Below, one piece after another: positions 21,107-31,596 of a stretch of DNA of 64,000 nucleotides (positions within the stretch are counted from its first letter, which is position 1; every line of letters starts with the position of its first letter). The stretch is from Nitrospirales bacterium. GTDB lineage: Bacteria > Nitrospirota > Nitrospiria > Nitrospirales > UBA8639. The notes beneath the pieces are model-generated. The model had not been told where the DNA came from. It ran no database searches and worked only from the letters and a program-made list of their open reading frames with translations. A program made the position numbers and the translations under genes. The DNA is taken from assembly GCA_963555755.3 (NCBI GenBank), contig OY820905.2, forward strand, positions 4,000,001 through 4,064,000. Direction: 5' to 3'.

Positions 21107-21610
21107 CTATCGCTTTGAAGAGGGTGGGTTGGTGTTCACGGACTGCTCGACGATAAACCGTGCAATACATAGCACCTCTTTGGGCTCACTGTCTAAGGAC
21201 ACGACGATCATCCATTCTCCAAGATGGAGCTTGGGATGAATTTCTTTCGTACTCCAAATCCGAAACGAGGAAGATTTCTGCACCTTGAGGCGAATATGCG
21301 CCATCGGTTTCCATCCATCACTGGTTTTTTTATGCCAGGTATGGTGGAAGATTTGTGGCGTTGTTGATGTCACGCGATTCCAAAATACCACCTGATGATC
21401 ACTGGTGGTATTAATAACCGGAAGCGGCGCATCCCGGTTTTTGTCTTTCTCGCAATACACGATGGGTGCGTATGGGCTAATAGGAGTTCGATCGACAATG
21501 TGTCGTGCAAGTTCAACTTCAAACAGTTCAGTCTGCCCCCAGGAGGGGGATGTCACGATCAAACAGGTTACAAGAATCAGAAACAGTGATGGGATGAAAG
21601 TGCGAGTCAT
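21107..21610 (-). CDS. Exported protein, DUF2914-like
   Basis: Signal peptide; HHTWH, FRIWSTK, GEW beta-rich pattern. Confidence 0.6.
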   Translation of the reverse strand: MTRTFIPSLFLILVTCLIVTSPSWGQTELFEVELARHIVDRTPISPYAPIVYCEKDKNRDAPLPVINTTSDHQVVFWNRVTSTTPQIFHHTWHKKTSDGWKPMAHIRLKVQKSSSFRIWSTKEIHPKLHLGEWMIVVSLDSEPKEVLCIARFIVEQSVNTNPPSSKR

Positions 21611-21646
21611 GATATCGGAGGGTTCAGAATGCACACTACGGATTCA

Positions 21647-21688
21647 ACCTAGAAACGGCGGTTTTGCACCCAACTGCCGTTTCTAATT
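21647..21688. repeat. Minimal (ends-only) derivative of repeat family F
   Basis: ACCTAGAAACGGCGGTT...AACTGCCGTTTCTA flanked by TCA on both sides. Confidence 0.6.
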
Positions 21689-22108
21689 TCAATAGGAGGA
21701 ACGTAGGTCATCTTGCATGGGATGTCAATACACGGAAAAGCGAGAGGGAGTGTGGCCAAAGGGGGTGCAGACACCTCACGGTCGTTCAGGGCGAAGGGTG
21801 TGCAGGGGATGACCAACGGAGGTGAAAACCATTTAGCCGCACTCTGTTCACACAACACCTCTTGAATAGAGAGTATAGAGAAATAGTTGTCAGAATCGTG
21901 TGATGCATATCACATAAGGGGTGCCTGGTATACGTCAAAGTAGGTTCTTTGGAATGATTTCATAGTGTTGGCAAAGAGAAACGAGAGGTTGTGGGGTTGC
22001 TTGTGAATGAAAGACCAGAGCGGGTTGACACTGGTTACCGCACGAAATATGATGGCGTCTGGTTTTGATAGCGTAAACCCGCCGTTCGCACAACACCTCC
22101 TTTCGAGA

Positions 22109-22183
22109 GCCGGCGTAGCTCAGTGGCAGAGCAACGGTTTCGTAAACCGTAGGTCGGTGGTTCAACCCCACTCGCCGGCTCCA
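22109..22183 (+). tRNA. tRNA-Thr(CGT)
   Basis: Cloverleaf GCCGGCG...CGCCGGC-T-CCA; anticodon arm ACGGT-TTCGTAA-ACCGT; GGTTCAACCC T arm. Confidence 0.97.
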
Positions 22184-22188
22184 TTAAA

Positions 22189-22563
22189 TCAATAACTTAC
22201 AGCAGGTGTGATTGGAGTCGAAACGGCAGGTGTTATTACGGTGTTAATTTTGGCAGCTGCTCGTAGCAAATCGTCTTCATTAACGTTGTTGTAGCGACGG
22301 TGCATCTTCTCAGATTTGTGCCCTACAATCTTCATAGCCGTTACAGAATCGATCCCTGCCCTTCTGAGATTAGTTGCAGCACAGTGTCTCAGATCATGAA
22401 AGCGGAAATCCTCGACTCCAGCACGTTTTAAAGCTGTTTTAAACGCATTCTTGATTTCATTTATCGGCTTTCCATCGTACAAAAACACACGGCTGGTTGA
22501 TAAACTCCGCACCTTTGACAGTTCAATTAGACACTTTCGAGAATCCTCAGTCAGTGGGACCAC
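22189..22563 (-). pseudogene. Tyrosine integrase, C-terminal fragment
   Basis: FRFHDLRH, VGHKS, RRY catalytic motifs; N-terminal part replaced by an IS fragment. Confidence 0.88.
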
Positions 22564-22565
22564 CT

Positions 22566-23107
22566 CTCACGGAGATGCCAGCCAACCGGTGGTACTCGGA
22601 CTGCCCAAAGCGCATCCAGGCACGCTCACACAGCTTCTTGGTGGCTGGCCCCGAGAGCGTGCCGTGCAGCTCATCGGTCTGCGCCACCAACCGGATGTCC
22701 GCTAGCGTATAGGTGCAGCGAAACCCTTGGACGGTGCGCTGACGCCGTTGGAGTTGGCCGGTTTGGAGGTCCTGCTGACTCAACCGTTTGGCCTGGATCC
22801 GGGAATAGTCGCTGACCTTCTGGAGAAAGTCCAGCAGGCGCCCCTTCTCGGCTTTGCCGAGCTGGTGGTAGTGGAAACGGAGCAACAGGGTCTGAATCCA
22901 GGCATAACGGGCATCCTTACCTTCAATACTGCATTCAATGGCTCCGACCCCGTTGAGAAATTGACGAACGTGTTCGATGGTCTTGATTGTTGTGTCGTTC
23001 ATGATGATGTGCATTCCTCATCATGAACAGAACCCGGACCCTGTTCAGTATCATTTCATGGTAGAATCATGCTCTCCCTTCAGTATCATTTCATATTGGA
23101 AGAGACT
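22566..23107 (-). mobile_element. Truncated relative of the IS at 34387-35789
   Basis: ORF 22547-23014 is similar to the N-terminus of 34439-35695; same end sequence CATTTCATATTGGAAGAGACT. Confidence 0.85.
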
Positions 23108-23219
23108 CAGTCTTTACTTTTGTATCACAAAGGAGCAGACTATTTATTAACTACATACACATACAAAGGATGGACCTATGGGGTAGCGAATCTTCGGATA
23201 GCTTCACATCATAGGACGT

Positions 23220-23270
23220 AATAAGAACGCCCTTCGGGATACTATACGCCCAAAGGGCGTTCTTATTTTT
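23220..23270. terminator. Strong hairpin / probable terminator
   Basis: AATAAGAACGCCCTT...AAGGGCGTTCTTATT followed by T run. Confidence 0.6.
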
Positions 23271-23389
23271 AGTAAGAGTTAAAAAACTGAGCAACTCCCG
23301 CTGATCATAAGTTATTAGTGGTAAAGCACTTGGAGGTATACCTTAACGCTAGAGAACTTTTGAACGGTTCACACAAAGGAGGTGTTGCC

Positions 23390-23977
23390 ATGATCAATAC
23401 AGCCTTTTCCAAGGGAACCATGTTTGTGGGAATTACGTTGGTCGCCCTTGCGGGAATTTTCGTGGGGACAACCGAATCCAGGGGCCAGGACGGTGTCCCA
23501 CCAGAGCAGGTTGCCGCCTACATTCATGCGGTGATTGAAGCGGATAGGACCTTGTACACCACCCTTGTCGTGCAGAGGATGCAACAGCAGGGAATAGTCA
23601 TTGCCTCACAACATTGGAAGAGTAGATCTCAGCTTCCCCTTCCAGCTCAGATGCTACTGCTTGCGGGACTCGAAGTGGAAGGAATGGGAACGGGTTTGAA
23701 GTATCGACTGGCAAGCTTATGGCCCCTCGAGGAGGAAAATGGCCCAGCCAATGTCTTCGAAAAAACAGGATTAGAAGTTGTGGCTGATGATCCTAGTGAG
23801 GTTTATTCGGGAACCATACAAAGGGGGAAACTGAAGTATTTTAAAGCTATCTACGCGGATAGGGCTGTTTCCCCAGCCTGTGTCGAGTGCCATAACGGAC
23901 ACCTACTCAGTCCGAAGCGGGACTATAAACTCGGCGATGTGATGGGCGGGGTCATTATCTCCTTCCCTATAGAATGA
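23390..23977 (+). CDS. Tll0287/DUF3365-like heme c protein
   Basis: Signal peptide, PLPAQM, SLWP, CVECHN, LGDVMGG. Confidence 0.8.
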   Translation: MINTAFSKGTMFVGITLVALAGIFVGTTESRGQDGVPPEQVAAYIHAVIEADRTLYTTLVVQRMQQQGIVIASQHWKSRSQLPLPAQMLLLAGLEVEGMGTGLKYRLASLWPLEEENGPANVFEKTGLEVVADDPSEVYSGTIQRGKLKYFKAIYADRAVSPACVECHNGHLLSPKRDYKLGDVMGGVIISFPIE

Positions 23978-24180
23978 CAGAAGACCAGGGCAAAGAATAT
24001 TAAATACAGTTGAGAAATAGGAATTTTAAAGGGCCTTTTTGTTTTCTGAGTATTGTTGGGGGGGAGTCTACGCTGTTTCTTTTGGTGTGCGACAACTAAG
24101 ATGTGCGAAATAAGGGCTCGGGTTGACCTGAAAAAGAATCCAGATATTGTCTGCTTTTCTGTCCGAGAAGGGAGGCCATC

Positions 24181-24675
24181 ATGAGCATCGCACGAAAACT
24201 CAAGGAATATCTCGATGATCAAGAGGTTCATTACGAAGTCTTAATTCATGAAGAGGCATATACCTCCCCGGAGATTGCCCATACGCTTCACGTACCGGGG
24301 AAGGACCTCGCCAAGGTGATCATGGTGAAGGTCGAGGAAAGATTTGTAATGACGGTGCTCCCCTCCACTTGGAAGGTGGATCCCAACCGACTCAAAGAGG
24401 TTTTTCAAGCACACCATGTACGATTGGCCACTGAGGATGAGTTCAAGGGATTGTTCCCGGATTGCGACCTCGGTGCGATGCCGCCGTTTGGCAATCTCTA
24501 CGGTTTAGACGTGTATGTAGACCGCTCACTCACAGAAGATGAGGAAATTGTTTTCCAAGCCGGAACCCATCAGGGAGCCATAAGAATGCGATACCAAGAT
24601 TTCGCTGCTCTTGTGGGGCCTACGGTGGAAGAATTCCACCAGCCACTCGCCAAGGTGTCGGAAGGCCAGAAATGA
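24181..24675 (+). CDS. YbaK/EbsC (aminoacyl-tRNA editing domain) family protein
   Basis: LAKVIMVK, RLATEDE, GAMPPFGN, FQAGTH. Confidence 0.9.
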   Translation: MSIARKLKEYLDDQEVHYEVLIHEEAYTSPEIAHTLHVPGKDLAKVIMVKVEERFVMTVLPSTWKVDPNRLKEVFQAHHVRLATEDEFKGLFPDCDLGAMPPFGNLYGLDVYVDRSLTEDEEIVFQAGTHQGAIRMRYQDFAALVGPTVEEFHQPLAKVSEGQK

Positions 24676-24695
24676 TTCCAAGAAAGATGTTTTAT

Positions 24696-24724
24696 TTGAC
24701 TTCCTATGGCAAGAAGTTTACGAT
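24696..24724 (+). promoter_or_regulatory. Sigma70-like promoter
   Basis: TTGACT-17 nt-TACGAT. Confidence 0.5.
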
Positions 24725-25136
24725 TTTTTTGACTTGGTCAAGAAACCTTTTTCAAGGATAGGCAATGGAATCCATCCATTGAAATATTTATGGTTGAAAC
24801 ATGAGGGGGTCTTGTATGAACGACCTGAATCCACCGCGATCCCTCGCTCCCTGCCAGTGATGACCATCGTTTGTTGCTGAAGGCGGGCGTCCTTTTTTAA
24901 CCGAGTTGTCTGATTTAAAAGCGAGCCTCTCCGAAAACACCTGGATGCCGATAGGCATGGGCCAAGAGGCCACTAACGAAGTATTTATGGAGGGTCGTGA
25001 GGAGTTTATAGTGGACGGACTGAGAAAGGGTCTGGTCCAAGACAACCGGTTCTCTCAGATTCAAGATATATAAAAGCCGGCTTCACCCTGGCAGGTGGTA
25101 CAGAAAATTCAAGATAAAATAAGCGTCCTAAGCGCT

Positions 25137-25177
25137 AAAGAAGGGCTACTCATCTTGGGGGGTAGCCCTTCTTTTTT
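25137..25177 (+). terminator. Intrinsic terminator
   Basis: AAAGAAGGGCTAC...GTAGCCCTTCTTTTTT. Confidence 0.7.
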
Positions 25178-25206
25178 CCCCAAGACCCCCTTTGATAGCT
25201 TGTTAT

Positions 25207-25338
25207 GGTATTGTCAACTAAAGCCAGATTTGGCTGACTGGATGTGTGGAGCGCACCGCGTAATCCCGGACAAATCAATGGATTCTCTCCAGGCGAATGG
25301 TGGGCTCAGGGTGGAATTTTCGGTAAGTTGACAATACC
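25207..25338. mobile_element. IS6-derived miniature element
   Basis: GGTATTGTCAACT ... AGTTGACAATACC, the same TIR as the neighbouring IS6. Confidence 0.8.
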
Positions 25339-25450
25339 GTTCCACCCCTCCTCGTCCAACCCTGCATATGGGTTTCCCACACACGAATTTCTCCGCCCCC
25401 CGTCCCCGACAAACTGCCAATGGCTATCCAAAGGACGGTATCGAAAAGTA

Positions 25451-25479
25451 TTGACAAGCCTCATGAGGAGGCCTAACAT
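25451..25479 (+). promoter_or_regulatory. Sigma70-like promoter
   Basis: TTGACA-17 nt-TAACAT. Confidence 0.6.
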
Positions 25480-25651
25480 TTGAAATGCAACCAGGTACTT
25501 TTTTAGACGAAACTTTATTCCTGGTTGTGATATTCCTGGGTGGAGGTGTCGCTCGAATTTGAACTGGAGTAGGATAAATTGAACTATCCTTCACGGTGAA
25601 AGAGACCGCTGTCCTGCTCAAGGGAAAACCGGCACCAACACCAGTGGAGTT

Positions 25652-25688
25652 AAGGAAGCGCCACGTTTTTCGTGGCGTTTCCTTTTTT
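25652..25688 (+). terminator. Intrinsic terminator
   Basis: AAGGAAGCGCCACG-loop-CGTGGCGTTTCCTTTTTT. Confidence 0.8.
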
Positions 25689-25790
25689 ATGCCCAAGATA
25701 CAACCCCGTATGGTCAAAAACTCATCCAGCCTTGCGGTTCTTCAAAACTCAAATATTTTAATGGGGATGAATGTATAGAAGGGACAGGAG

Positions 25791-26583
25791 GGTATTGTCA
25801 ACTTAACGATCGATGGGCACATTGAACCAGCTACGCCAAGCTGCTTATGCGCACACCGCTGCCTCCCAGACCTGAAATGCCTGAGTACGCAACAGTCGAT
25901 AATGGACCGCCTGCATGAGGTGGCGGCCAAGACGAAAGAGATTCTGTGTGAGTCCGTGTAACGTCAAAAACCGTTGAGCGTGAGTTGCTGAAGAAAACCC
26001 TCGCATATGATATTCTTGTTGCCGCGTGGGTTGGTGTGACACTTTAACTCGCTTATTGGCGTGGACCGCATTGATAGGCTCGACGGTCGGCATGACGACC
26101 CGGTGTGCGGCGCCGTAGCTTGTGAGTGTGTCGGTGATCATCCAGCGCGGCTCACGGCCTTGGCCTTTCAGTAAGCGGCGGAAGAAGCGCACCGCGGCTT
26201 TTTTGTTACGATGACGCTGCACGAGAATATCAATGGTATCGCCGTCTTGGTCCACGGCTCGCCAGAGATAGTGGCGTTCCCCTTGAATGGTGATAAATAC
26301 TTCGTCGATGTGCCACACGTCGCCTAAGCAGCCTTGGCGCTTTTTGAGTTTTTGCGCATAATTGGGTCCAAACTTCTGGCACCATTGACGAATGGTCTCA
26401 TAGGTCATTGTAATGCCGCGTTCGGCGAGGAGTTCTTCAACCTCACGGAAGCTGAGGCAGAAACGATGGTACAGCCAGACGGCGTGACTGATAATTTCGG
26501 AAGGAAAGCGATGGCGTGGGTAGCTGGGTGGTTTATTTTTCATGCCGCCCAGTCTGGCAAGTGCAACTTAAATTGACAATACC
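25791..26583 (-). mobile_element. IS6-family insertion sequence
   Basis: TIR GGTATTGTCAACTTAA / TTAAATTGACAATACC; no TSD visible. Confidence 0.92.
25845..26543 (-). CDS. IS6-family transposase (third catalytic Glu apparently replaced)
   Basis: HRFPSEII, WHIDEVF, YLWRAVDQDG, ITD; ANKRVKVSHQ where NNRxExSH is expected. Confidence 0.9.
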   Translation of the reverse strand: MKNKPPSYPRHRFPSEIISHAVWLYHRFCLSFREVEELLAERGITMTYETIRQWCQKFGPNYAQKLKKRQGCLGDVWHIDEVFITIQGERHYLWRAVDQDGDTIDILVQRHRNKKAAVRFFRRLLKGQGREPRWMITDTLTSYGAAHRVVMPTVEPINAVHANKRVKVSHQPTRQQEYHMRGFSSATHAQRFLTLHGLTQNLFRLGRHLMQAVHYRLLRTQAFQVWEAAVCA

Positions 26584-26975
26584 CTTTGGTGTGCTGTAAT
26601 TCGATTTGCGCCAAGCCAAAGAGGACCCCGGCGACGACATGGCCAATGGTGCCTTGTAAGTCGATTTGTTGTGTGACCGAGACGACCCGGACGTTTTGAT
26701 TACACCAGTCAGCCAAGACGTTGATGCCTTCGCGGTGATTTCGGGCCAGCCTATCGAGTTTCCAGACAATGACGGTTTTTATGGTGCCATCAAACGATGG
26801 CGCGTTGTAGTTTTTGGAAGCCGGGGCGTTTTAATGATCGTCCGGATTCCTTGTCTTCAAACCAGATGATGTCCTTCTTCGGCAGGCGTTGGCTTTTCAT
26901 CCATTGCTCAATTTCCGCTTTCTGGCTGTCGGTCTTTTGAGTGTGTGAGGATATGCGAACATAGACGGCGATCAT
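26584..26975 (-). pseudogene. Serine resolvase/invertase, frameshifted and truncated by IS6
   Basis: YVRISS..Q...Q, EDKESG..KRPG; continues in another frame as TVIVWKLDRLARN. Confidence 0.85.
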
Positions 26976-26989
26976 CTCAATTAGGGCAC

Positions 26990-27078
26990 ACCCTATTTGA
27001 GAGGTTGTCACGACAGCCAAACACCCTGTAAACATGCGGGTTTGAAAACGTGAATTTCAGAGGGACCCTATTTGAGAG
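26990..27078. promoter_or_regulatory. Probable res-site subsites
   Basis: ACCCTATTTGAGAG repeated directly (about 26990 and 27065) upstream of the resolvase. Confidence 0.5.
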
Positions 27079-27139
27079 TAAAAGTAACGTTTTCTAGAAA
27101 GCAGATGTTGGGGTTTCCCCCCTGAAGACTAGATTCAAC

Positions 27140-27415
27140 TTACTTACCCTGTTTATTGTATTTTGGCTGTGATCGAGCGATTATAGTTTTCTCTGTTTGT
27201 GCTGCTTCCTTTTTAGTGGGCATTTGCTGAATTTGCACTTTCGCACCCGGGATATTTCCTAAATGGTCCTGCAAGCGATCTTGGACATTTCCGCGTCCTG
27301 CAATACCTGTGTAATTGTTATTCCCCGCTTCGGTTAAAATTTTGTAAACGACTGGTTTGTCATTGGGCAACTTGTCGATTCCCTGTTTAGTGAAATTTAC
27401 AGTTTTTTTACTCAT
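27140..27415 (-). CDS. Small GIY-YIG-like protein
   Basis: PVVYKI...YTGIA...DRLQDH...E...PKYN pattern. Confidence 0.65.
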   Translation of the reverse strand: MSKKTVNFTKQGIDKLPNDKPVVYKILTEAGNNNYTGIAGRGNVQDRLQDHLGNIPGAKVQIQQMPTKKEAAQTEKTIIARSQPKYNKQGK

Positions 27416-27763
27416 GGATTTCTCCCTTCACGCAAAAATTGTTAATACTCGTCATTCATCATATAAATAACCATGAATTGATAGAAGTTAATGAATTGAG
27501 GATTATTTCGTCCATTTAGGCCGAGGGGTTGGCGCTTTGCGGCGGCGGCGTTGGTACTGGTTTTGGTCAAATTTACTGTATTTAAATTTGTAGCCGTATC
27601 GACGTGGACGGATTTTAGCAGCTTTAAAAAAGGACGCAGTGATATGCATGGGGAAAGTATGAATCAGGAAGAGGGAAAAGCTAAAGCTTTAAGTTTTTCT
27701 TGTCCACAAAAGGAAATTTGACAAGAAGCTTGCATGGGGGTACAATTGTATGTACAGTTATAT

Positions 27764-28036
27764 GTGGACGTTGAATGGCATGAAGACAAACGGGAATATA
27801 ACTTGGAAAAGCACAGAATCGACTTTGTGCGGGCCGCGAAGATTTTTGAAAATCCCATTGTCGAACGCCTTGATGATCGAGAAGACTATGGCGAAGACCG
27901 CTATATTGCCATTGGTCATTGGGAAAAACAGTTTTTAGTCGTGGTTTATATATGGCGGGATAACAGTCGCCTGATTATTTCGGCATGGAAGGCAGGACGT
28001 GATGAAGAAAGAACGTATTACGACAGTCTCGCTTGA
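27764..28036 (+). CDS. brnT: BrnT-family toxin
   Basis: EWHEDK...NLEKHRIDF, DYGEDRY, RLIISA. Confidence 0.9.
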   Translation: MDVEWHEDKREYNLEKHRIDFVRAAKIFENPIVERLDDREDYGEDRYIAIGHWEKQFLVVVYIWRDNSRLIISAWKAGRDEERTYYDSLA

Positions 28037-28283
28037 GAAGGTGAAGACAATGAAGGACCGGACGCGCAAGGATGCGCCCGAGGGTCCCTCTTTGGGTAAG
28101 GACTTTTGGAAAGATGCTCATGTCGTTTATCCAGATGGTCCAAAGGAAGCGGTGAAAGTTCGGTATGATCGGGACGTGCTGGAGTGGTTTAAAGCGCAAG
28201 GCCGTGGCTATCAAACTCGGATGAATGCCGTGCTGCGTTCCTACTATGAAGCGCATAAGGATGAGCCTGCTCCGAAACGGTAG
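27999..28283 (+). CDS. brnA: BrnA-family antitoxin
   Basis: RYDRDVLEWFKAQGRGYQTRMNAVLR. Confidence 0.9.
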   Translation: MMKKERITTVSLEKVKTMKDRTRKDAPEGPSLGKDFWKDAHVVYPDGPKEAVKVRYDRDVLEWFKAQGRGYQTRMNAVLRSYYEAHKDEPAPKR

Positions 28284-28313
28284 GGCTGAATAAGAATAAA
28301 TTAAAGGAAGGTA

Positions 28314-29502
28314 GTGTAGTGTCCTAAATAGATTGTACATTATAACGCATTCTGCTATCATCACGATATTATTCATGCTCGTGTTGAGGAGGGGAGTATG
28401 CGTCAAGCCGTGCCGATCACCTTAAGAGCTGGGGACCGTCAGCAGTTACAACGGCAGATCCGAAGTCGCCGCAGTGTGGTCCGATTGGTGGAACGTGCCA
28501 AGATTGTCCTGCTGGCGGCAGCCGGGAATACCAACAAAGAGATTAGTCTGGTGCTGGGGATTGATCCGCATAAAGTGGGGCGATGGCGCAATCGGTATGC
28601 AGCGCAAGGATACCCTGGCATCCTCAAAGATGCGCCGCGCGGAGCCAACCACGGCGGCAAGAAGACGGAAGACCAGACGCGGCTGAGGCAGAAGATTCTT
28701 CGCCGCACCACCCAGGACAAACCCAAGGGCGCGACCCACTGGTCCACCCGGTCCATGGCACAGGCTGTGGGCTGTCAGCATAGTTTCGTCCAGCGCGTCT
28801 GGAAAGCCCATGGCTTGAAGCCCCATCTGGTGAAACACTTTAAAATTAGCAATGCCCCCCGGTTTGAGGAGAAATGACACGACGTGGTGGGGCTTTATCT
28901 CAATCCCCCCGAAAAAGCCGTGGTGTTGTGTGTGGACGAGAAGAGTTCGATTCAGGCCTTGGATCGGACGCAGCCGGGCCTGCCGATGAAGAAGGGCCGC
29001 TGTGGAACGATGACACACGATTATACGCGCCATGGCACGAGCACCCTGTTTGCGGCGCTGGCTGTCCTGAGTGGACAGATTGTGGGGACATGTATGCCGC
29101 GGCACCGGCATCAGGAATTTCTGAAGTTTCTGACCGTGATTGATCGAACCGTCGACAAGACGCTCGACTGGCATATTAGCATGGATAATGATGCCACGCA
29201 TAAACATGCGAAGGTCCAGGCCTGGCTCGCCAAGCACCCGCGGGTACATTTTCACTTTATTCCGACCAGTTCATCGTGGCTGAATTTGGTCGAACGATTC
29301 TTCGCCAACATCACGGCCAAGCAGATCCGGCGTGGAGTGTTTCGGTCCGTGGAAGAATTGGAAGCCGCGATTGGGGACTATATTGCCCAGAACAATACGG
29401 CCCCAAAACCGTTTGTGTGGACGAAATCGGCGGAAACAATTCTAAAAAAGGTCCGCCGGGCGAAGGCCGCACTTAATGCACTACCTGTTTAGGACACTAC
29501 AC
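28314..29502 (+). mobile_element. IS630-family insertion sequence
   Basis: TIR GTGTAGTGTCCTAAATAG / CTGTTTAGGACACTACAC with TA duplication. Confidence 0.92.
28398..29492 (+). pseudogene. IS630 transposase with in-frame TGA at 28875-28877
   Basis: Both ORFs share a frame; [23 protein letters not shown]. Confidence 0.88.
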
Positions 29503-29504
29503 TA

Positions 29505-29808
29505 GTGAAGTGATTCTTGCCTGGAAATTAATCCTTTCATGCCATGCGCCAACCTTGAATGACATAGATCCAACGAAGTAAATAAGGGCCAGTATGCTAC
29601 CGCCGACCCCGAGAATTTGGGGAAGAGATAAACTTTGGAAAAGGTCCTTAATCGAGATGCGAGAAATGTCTGGTCCTCCAGGTTCTTCTTCAGGGAATTC
29701 GACTTTTCTCCCAGTCTTGGATCTTGTAGATGGGATTCGGGAATTCATTGCTATAAAAACTCCTTGTGAGTTAAAGGTTGACGCACCGAGTAGGGGGTAC
29801 TCCTCCAC
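29505..29808 (-). pseudogene. Hypothetical membrane protein fragment cut by IS630
   Basis: ORF with one hydrophobic helix runs into the IS630 end. Confidence 0.35.
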
Positions 29809-30045
29809 AGAGCCCCCTACCCGCCTGTTGATACGTGTTGTTTGATTTTCCTGCTTTCTTTGCCATTACGTTCCTCGGCACTACTGTCAAAAACCTTCAC
29901 ACCTCGCTGCGGTAATTTTTGCCTACTTGCTACTCTGTATCGGTACGAACATTGTTCACTTTAGTTTTTTTATGCCCTGTTGCTTATAAATTGGTCCATA
30001 TTCCTTTCATAACACTTCGGGGAGACCCCACGAGAGCTTAAGTCC

Positions 30046-31500
30046 CTATGCCAAAGTTTTGACATTTTCTTTCTCTAACACCTCGGAATGACCTTTATTA
30101 TCTGAAGTACCTAGAGCTAACCCGGTAATGGTGTAACTGGGGGCATGAGGTGTCTGGGTCAGCCCCACGGGGATAATCTGATCGTATACTTGAGATGTTG
30201 TTCCGTAGTACACCACGTAATGCGAGAGATCAGATTCTGGATTCTTCTGCCACGATAACTGCGCCGTGCCATTATTATTGTTAGTGTCTCCAGCCTCGGT
30301 TGTCACTGAGGTGGCTGAAGACAGGGCTGACACATTTCCTGCTTCATCTATTGCTTGAATAGTATAGGAGTAGGATGTGAAAGGCGTGAGCCCTGAATCG
30401 ACATAATTGAGATCCGTGGTAGTCGAGATCATGATGGCATCGCGATAAACATTGTAGCCGGTGACCCCGGTGTTATCCGTGGCTGCCTCCCAAGAGATGG
30501 TGGCCTGGGTTGATGAATTTGCCACAGCGGACAGAATCGACGGGATGCTCGGTGGCGTGGTATCCGCAGTCGGCCCACCCTCAGACATGATGGCGACCGA
30601 GTACATGCTTCCGCCTTTTCCCGATTCCCGATTGCCGCCTAAGTTAATGGTGCCGGTTGGGAACGTCTGACTATAGATCTCAAAATCCGTGTCACTGGTG
30701 ATGAGAATATCCCCGGTATTGGTAAAGCTATTCAACCAGGTGGGCTTGGGAGTAATTCGGTCATCGTGCGCCACATAGACGGTCACCGGTTGGTTCACAT
30801 CAAAACTCATGAAGCTGGAACCTGTGGAGCTTTTATCATTGTTCCCCGTCTGAATATAGGTCGTGTTCGTGAGCGTGGGTGGGATGGTGGTGAAGGTATA
30901 CGAGCGATCAATATAAGTCAGGGCACCATTGAGGAGTCCGTCAGGGCCCACAACATAGGCTTTCCCACTCTGCACCTGCAGATTCGTAATTTCTAAAGCA
31001 ATGGGACCCACCTCTACGGGGATGGCTGTGGTCGTCGTTGTATTACCCGCCGCATCGCGTGCGATGGCGGTCAAGGTATAGGTGCCGGGAGTCACGGAAG
31101 AGGTGTCCCAGTCCACGCTGTAGTCATTGGTGGTGTCTTCGGCCCCGAGGTTGGCCCCATCGAGTTGGAACTGAACCCCCACGACTCCAATATTATCCGA
31201 AGCCGTTCCGGAGATAGTCACCATTCCAGAGACAATGTCATTTTCTGATGGAGATGTAATATTGACTGTTGGTGATGTTGTGTCAGTTGACGCCAGAGTG
31301 GTGCCAGAGGCTTCTGTCGAGAGGCCAGATGAATTATCCGCGGCATCATGGGCCTTGACGGTGTAGATATAGGTGGTTTCTGGTGTCAGGTTCGAATCTA
31401 CATGCGAGGTGTTCGGCGTGGTCACCACGGGGGTGCCATCGCGATAGAGGGTATAGCCGGTCACTTCGATATTGTCCGTTGCCTCGCTCCAGGAAATGGG
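30046..31500 (-). pseudogene. Fragment of a large surface protein (fibronectin III and Ig-like domains)
   Basis: SW.ATDN..VTGY..YRD repeats, DTTPP linkers, YTLTAIARDAAGN; no signal peptide; 5' end fused to mobile debris. Confidence 0.75.
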
Positions 31501-31519
31501 TACGTCGGTAGCAGAGTTT

Positions 31520-31590
31520 GGCGTTTGTGGCCCAGGGCGGGACGCGTGATGTAGCTGCACAGACGTTCGAGTTTCTCTCGCTGCTGGGGA
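31520..31590 (-). pseudogene. IS91-like (Y2) transposase scrap
   Basis: REKLERLCSYITRPAL resembles the LERLCRYITRP motif. Confidence 0.5.
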
Positions 31591-31596
31591 CCACAC

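Noticed and set aside
22548..23112. CAGTC as TSD of the truncated IS
   Set aside because: The left CAGTC lies inside continuous integrase coding sequence and no TIR follows it; probably chance
24729..24741. FNR/CRP box (TTGACTTGGTCAA)
   Set aside because: Half-site spacing is 3 nt, not 4; may be another operator but cannot be assigned
24816..25073. Selenoprotein (ORF with TGC CAG TGA TGA in frame, between a promoter and a terminator)
   Set aside because: Two consecutive TGA codons, no recognisable SECIS or redox motif; more likely a decayed gene
25530..25645. 6S RNA
   Set aside because: Rod is too short, lies in an island and lacks the usual context; kept only as a generic sRNA candidate
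28446..29255. Long antisense ORFs within IS630 (also 34481-35167 and 42869-43441)
   Set aside because: Shadow frames opposite well-supported genes
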